This document shows positions 57,703-64,000 of a stretch of DNA of 64,000 nt, in pieces. Position 1 is the stretch's first letter, and the number at the start of each line of letters is the position of its first letter. The position numbers and the translations under genes were made by a program. The notes beneath the pieces are model-generated. The model saw only the letters and a program-made list of their open reading frames with translations. It did not search any database and was not told the DNA's origin. The DNA comes from Oikopleura dioica (taxonomy: Eukaryota; Animalia; Chordata): contig OU015568.1 of the NCBI GenBank assembly GCA_907165135.1, forward strand, positions 7,750,001 to 7,814,000, in the 5' to 3' direction.

Positions 57703-60700
57703 ATGGCTTGTGTTTTAACCTCCGCGGGAGGCATTATTTCGCTCCTCGACGAGAAGGAGCCAGAACTTCAGATCTACGCCCTCGAGCGGCTAAACGACGA
57801 CAGCTTGATCCGTCAATTTTGGGCTGAAATCGCTGATTCCCTTGAGCCCATCGAAATCCTCTACGAAGATGAGAGCTTTGCTGCGCGAAAACTAGCTGCT
57901 CTTGTTGCTTCGAAGGTCTACTTCAACCTTGGAAGCTACAGTGACAGTTTGAACTTTGCCCTCGGTAAAAATGTCACAAAAAGCTTCAAATCTTGACTAA
58001 TTTAAGCCGCCGATGAAATGTTCGATGTTACCGAGCGATCTGAATATGTCCAGGTTATCATTTCTAGCGCCATCGAAACTTACAAAGAGCAGCGTAAAAA
58101 CGTAGGGAATACGCAATCTTAAAAATATCCAATTTTTCCTAGGGAGAAATCCCAGAAAAACGACTTGAAAGCATGGTCAACCGAATGTTCACAAAATGCC
58201 TCGACTCCAAGACTCTTCGACAGGTGATCGGTATCGCCATCGAGTGCCGACGATTCGATGTTGTGGAGACCGCCATCGCTCAGAGTCCAAATACAAATGA
58301 CACTTTGGCTTACTGCATGCATGTAAGATAATTTACAGTCTTATATCTCTACTCAGTCTTTAGATCGCCAAAAACCTTGTCACTTCGCGAGAACTCCGAA
58401 AAGAAATCCTCCGTCTTTTGGTCGCTCAGTATACCAAGCTCGCAACTCCAGACTACATCGCCATCTGTCAGTGCCTCGTTTTCCTCGACGACCCCTCCAT
58501 GGTCTCTGATACTCTTCGTAGCCTTTTGGCTAAAGATGCTCTCATGGCATATCAAATCGGCTTCGAGCTCTACCAGAACGCTCCTCAAGGATTTTTGAAC
58601 AAAGTCGCTGAATTCCTCCGCGGCGTTGCCCCAGCAGCTGCTCCTGCTGATGCATCCGAAGAAGCTGCTGAAGGCGAGGCTGCTGCAGCACCAGCTTCAG
58701 CTGAAAAATCATCCTCCGACAAGCTCGTCGAAATCCTCAAAGGCGACAAGACCACTCAACTAAATCTTCAATTCCTCATTCGAAATAACAAATCCGACCT
58801 CCTCATCCTCAAGCATTGTAAAGACTCCTGTAGAAATACAATTTGCCACACGGCCACGGTTATCGCGAATTCCTTCATGCACTCTGGAACGACGACGGAC
58901 AAATTCCTCCGAGACAATCTTGAATGGCTCGGTCGAGCAACAAACTGGGCCAAATTTACGGCAACAAGTTCACTTGGTGTCATCCACAAGGGACACGAAC
59001 AAGGCGCCCTCGATCGAATGGCCACTTATCTTCCAAAAGAGTCGAACTCTTCTCCGTACCAAGACGGAGGTGGGCTTTATGCTCTTGGCTTGATTCATGC
59101 AAACCATGGATCTGAAGAGATGATCAAGTACCTCGTCGATCAGCTCAAGAACGCCCGGGACAACACTGTTCGGCATGGTGCTTGCCTTGGTCTCGGTCTA
59201 GCTGCGATGGGAACTGAGAACCGGGAAGTCTACGAGCTTCTTAACTCTCAGCTCACCCAAGATGACGCTGTTGTCGGTGAAGCGGCTGGTATCGCCATGG
59301 GCCTTGTAATGATGGGCACAAATCATCAGGAAGCCATCAACGAGATGTGCCAGTACGCAGCTGATACTCAGCACGAAAAGATCATTCGAGGTCTTGCTGT
59401 TGGCGTCGCCATGATTGTTTTCAACCGACTTGAGGAAGCCGATAGCTTGATTGAGAATCTTATGGCTGACAAGGACGCAGCTATCCGACGATGTGGAATT
59501 TATTGCATCGCCATGGCCTACGCTGGTTCTGGACTCAACGAGGCTTTGAGAAAACTTCTTCACGTCGCTGTTTCTGATGTCTCCGACGATGTCCGACGAG
59601 CAGCTGTTGAGAGCATTGGTTTCGTTATGTTCCGAAATCAAGATCAAGTCCCCTCGATTGTCTCCCTCCTTTCCGAATCATACAACCCATCAGTTCGATA
59701 CGGCTCTGCAATGGCACTTGGAATTGCCTGCGCTGGCACTGGAAACAAAGATGCTCTTGCTCTTCTTGAGCCACTGACAGACGATTCCGTCGCTTTTGTC
59801 CGCCAGGGAGCATTTGTTGCGGAATCCATGATTCTCATTCAGCAAACCGAGGTCATGCAGCCAAAGGTCTCAACTTTCCGAGAAAAGTTGAGGAAAACTA
59901 TTGAGGATAAACATGAAGACGCTATCACAAAGTTTGGTGCTATCATCGGAACTGGTAAGAATATTCGATTTATTCTTCTTTTCATCAAAAATTTTAGGAA
60001 TTATCGATGCTGGTGGACGAAACACTGTCATCGGTCTTTCAACTAGATCCGGCCACGTTCATGCTCCATCCGTCGTCGGAATGCTCGTCTTCTTGCAGTT
60101 CTGGTTCTGGTACCCCTTGACTCACTTCTTGTCCCTTGCTTTCCGGCCAAGCTCTATCATCTGCTTGAACAAGAACTTGGACATGCCCAAGATCGACATT
60201 AGATCTGATGCTAAGCCGGCTACTTTTGCCTACCCCGATCCACTTGAGGAGAAGAAGAGCAAGGAAAAGGAGAAGGTCGAGACTGCTGTCTTGTCTACTA
60301 CCGCCAAACAACTTGGTAAATTTGCTTAACAGTTAACAGAACGTGAACTTTTCATTTCAAGCCCGACAAAAGAACCGAAAAATCAAGCGGGAAGCGAGCG
60401 AAATGGAGGTCGATGCGTCCGACGCAACTCCTAAGAACTCCGCCACTTCCATCGCCTCCACTGCTAGCTCGACTGCTGTCAAGATCAAAGAGGAGCCAAT
60501 GGACGTCGACGAGGAAAAAGAAGCGAAGAAGAACGCCAAATTCGAAATCCTTCAAAACCCTTGCCGAGCTCTCAACCAGCAGCTCAAGGTTCTTTCTTTG
60601 CCAGCTGACCAGACTCGATACAGCCCACTCAAGCCACTTACGTCTGGTGGAATTATTTTGCTGCGAGATGCTAACCCCGAGGATCCCGAGGTTGAGACAT

Positions 60701-60827
60701 TCATATGAAATCATTGAGTTAAATATTTTTCTAGGATCTCTTGGAAGCTGTTACCGCTGGCGGACCAAAGCCAGAGGTCGAGGAGCCCGAACCAGAACCA
60801 CCAGCACCATTTGAATACATCGAGTAG
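57703..60827 (+). CDS. PSMD1: 26S proteasome non-ATPase subunit 1 (Rpn2)
   Basis: [38 protein letters not shown] repeats, [15 protein letters not shown], terminal [12 protein letters not shown]. Confidence 0.97.
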
Positions 60828-61033
60828 ACAGCCAGCCCGACAGACAGATAAATATTTTTCTCTCTCCTTCTTACTGCGCCGCAATACATGTCGATTCTAG
60901 TTCACTATTTTCACGTTCAACTTAGTACATGTTTTAATACAGCAAAATTATATCGCGAGAAAACAACGAAGAATCATTTTTTGAATTAAGAAAAAAGTGA
61001 TTGTTGATGAGTTGATATTGATGTGTTGATTTG

Positions 61034-63278
61034 ATGAATGCTAGAGCAATTTTGAAAGGTGTGACGATTACGTCTGGTTTATGGGTGGGAGCAGTATGTT
61101 ATTATAAAGCTGAAGAAATTGAGAAGAAGCTTGGTAAGTTCCATCGATGTGACCTGGATTAAAGTATTCGTAGAAATCTTCAAGGCAAATTTTGTATCGG
61201 AGTTCGATGTCAATCTGTCCCAAAATGAGCTTGGGAAGGAAATTGAAACCATTGCCGATGAAGTGCGAGCCTTTTTCAACGACTTTCTTTCGGAATCAAA
61301 GCAAAAAATCTACGACAAAATTGTAACTTCGACTCATGAGCCAGAAACATGGAACTTCATTATTTCAACGTTGAAACAATCCGCTTTTGGGCTCCAGAAA
61401 CTTGCGAAATTGGCCATCTTCAAAAAACCCGACGATTGTTTTGTTGAAGAAATTCGCAAACTTTGCCCCGAGACATCGTACGATCTGCAAGAGCTGCTGG
61501 AGTATTTTGACGAAATTCTGTCTAACAGTAGATTTGGCGATGATTGTCTTGCTGATCACATCTCGGCACTCCGAAAACGCAGGATGGAATCAAAAAAGCC
61601 AATGTCAAAAGTGGAACAGGACGAGCTGGATATTGGAAAACCGACTTATTCGTATAAGAATGTTACTCCGGAAAAGGTTCTGGAAGAATATCTCGATCTA
61701 ACAAGAGATTTGTTGGACTCTTCCGATTTTCTCGCAAAGGTTCGAAGCTAAAGTTTTCGAGTTTGTTGATGTTTCGATAAGAGCTGTTCAAAGTCTTTGA
61801 ACTTCAAAGATCTCTTTTACATCTTTTAACACTGTGGGTTGTTTTTTCTCGGTGTGTAACTTATAATGGTTCGATCGTACTTTCAAATATAAAAGTAGCG
61901 CGCTGTTGTCATACAAACCACCACATTAAGAATCTCAAAAATGAAACGATTTCACTGACTAGTAATTGATCTGCGCGTTGAGTAATTTGAATCTTATGGT
62001 TTTAATAAATGCGTTTACCGTGCAAAATGTTAAATAATTATACTTAGACTTTTGCTATCTCTCGTCACGTTATAATACAAGATTATAACTGATATACTTT
62101 TTGCTAGCAATACCTGATCAATTCCGGCGTCATTGACCGTCTATTGGACCTGTCCCGCATCGCTGAAGAATTCCACAAGCGGGCCTTTGAAATCCTCGCG
62201 TCTCTCTCCACCGTTATTGAATTCCGCTGGGATCTTCTCAAACCTAAGCTCATCTTCGAGTCCATCCTCACTCTTGCAAGCTCCGATGTTGAACAAAAAA
62301 GTTTCGCTTACAAAATTCTTCACAATGTTTCTTCCTCTTCACAGGAAAAGATGATTCTTCCAAACTCGTTCCTTGCATATCCAACAGAAGAAGCTTTGCC
62401 GACGAATGCGTCGATTGTTTTTGTCCACGGACTGATGGGAAAAGCTCACAGGTATGTCCATTTCATTCCAAATAGAAGTCAAAATATTTAAAGAACTTGG
62501 CGCTGCAACGATAAAATCATCGGCGATCCAGTTCACTCCTACTGCTGGCCGGTCGAATGGCTCCCCAAAACACTTGCTCGCCGTGGAATCGTTCCAAAAA
62601 TCATTCTTATGTCTTATCCTACCTCATTGACGACTTACAACAAGACTTGCCTCCACATGGATGAAATAATGGATGAAAAGTCAGAAAAACTTCTTGAGAA
62701 CTTGAAATCGCTTCGTGAAAACAATGAACCTTTGTTTATCGTCGGCCATTCGATGGGTGGTCTCCTACTGAAGAAAATAATGCTAAAGGGTGAGAGCCAA
62801 AACTGTGAAAATGAGGAGCTATTGATTGCTTTTTATAGCTCATGAAAATAACGAAACAGATCTCCTGAAGAACATCAAGGGCGTGTGCTTCTATTCAACG
62901 CCGCACTTCGGCAGTTCGTTGGCGAAGCTTTCGGTGAAAGCTCCAGTGGCCAACTCGATCGTTTCATCAGAAGTGCGCGAGCTGAGTTCCGCTTCTGAGC
63001 AGCTCAAAGAGCTCAATGATCAATTCCTATCAGTTGCAAGAAACACGTCTATTCCAATTCATTCCTTCATCGAATCAGTTCCTATCAAAGTGGTCGGCTT
63101 TAATCATTTGGTAGTCTCGAAAGAATCTGCCGATCTTGGCCTGGGAGGATCTACACTTGTAAATGAGAACCACATCAATGTCAACAAACCCTCTTCAAAA
63201 AGTGACATTCTCTACTCGCAACTCGTGAATTTCATCGTCGATAATTTACACAACTCTACTGATTCTGTTAAAAAATAA
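61034..63278 (+). CDS. SERAC1: SERAC1 (PGAP1-like serine hydrolase)
   Basis: IVFVHGLMG..TWR, CWPVEWLP, GHSMGGLLLKK, FYSTPHFGS, ESADLG, NHINVNKP; N-terminal hydrophobic segment; middle exons uncertain. Confidence 0.88.
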
Positions 63279-63362
63279 TTCCATTTTTGCAATTAAAAAA
63301 ATATATTAAAAATAGAAAAAATCAAAACTGTTCTTTTTTTGTCCGAAGATATTTCTATATTC

Positions 63363-63545
63363 CTAGTTTCGATAAAGTTTTTGTTCAAGAATGACAGAAG
63401 AAAGGGAAAGAAAAGCTCCAATGGAGTACATCCAGGCCGATAAAGTCTCGTTCGGCATGTTCCTGCTCCGAGTTTTTACAATCTTTGCGGGCATCATGGC
63501 TATCGTCAACCCATATAGGTGCTGATTGTAAATCATTCCTTCCAT
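63363..63545 (-). CDS. Possible last exon of an unknown gene entering from the right edge
   Basis: Open frame after an acceptor-like ttag, hydrophobic C-terminus; upstream exons not resolved. Confidence 0.25.
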   Translation of the reverse strand: MEGMIYNQHLYGLTIAMMPAKIVKTRSRNMPNETLSAWMYSIGAFLSLSSVILEQKLYRN

Positions 63546-64000
63546 CTAACACCTAAGTTTTAGTTCGTACTTCAGAAAGGTTTTATTGGCTTCAGCAGCC
63601 GCAAATGCCCTTCGCCTCCATCAGCGAGTTCCCCATTTGACGCTTAGGTAAGACCAATTTTGGATCTAAATTGTTTTATATTTTCGAAGAAAAACTCAAT
63701 AAAATAATTGAATTAAATCCATTGCACGTTATATTTAACGCTCGGTTTTATGATCAAATTACCCCTCTCTAACCAGTTATTCTAGCGCACAAACACTACA
63801 AAATATACTGGCGGAAGATTCAGGACATTATCTTGCTTTTTCGATCATGTTCTTGGGCGTCAAAAATCCGTAAGTTCGGACGCTTCCTTCCAAATATTTA
63901 TTAAAATAGAATGATGATCATTATTCTTCCACTGATGGCATTTGCTGTTATGCATTCATGCGCTTATTTCACGAAACTCTCGACCGAAACGACTCTACCT

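Noticed and set aside
53854-60814. Many short alternative-frame and antisense ORFs over MCM5, GPN1 and PSMD1
   Set aside because: Explained by intron read-through or shadow frames of the identified genes

Overview
Eukaryotic, not prokaryotic: a very compact chordate genome with 35-80 nt introns, several AG|GA..AG introns, splice-acceptor-like AGs just before many start codons, and a chordate muscle-type actin. This is most consistent with the appendicularian Oikopleura (inference). Recognisable genes: ANKS6, cyclophilin A, DDAH, Irx, METTL9, muscle actin, MIB1, PES1, two PRELI/MSF1 paralogues, MCM5, GPN1, PSMD1 and SERAC1. Lineage-specific candidates: a four-homeodomain gene, a SPEK-repeat protein, a TSP1-TM microprotein, a SUEL-lectin protein, and two apparently secreted proteins ending in an FABP-like barrel. 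Non-autonomous DNA transposons are abundant: three foldback/MULE-like elements with exact 9-bp TSDs, a pogo-like derivative at a 1.2-kb duplication breakpoint, a TTAA-flanked element, a roughly 12-copy MITE family, and an element sitting exactly on a splice donor. Exon structures were read by eye, so the boundaries of the unnamed genes are provisional. Single-base losses in homopolymers, including one in MIB1, suggest assembly indel errors.
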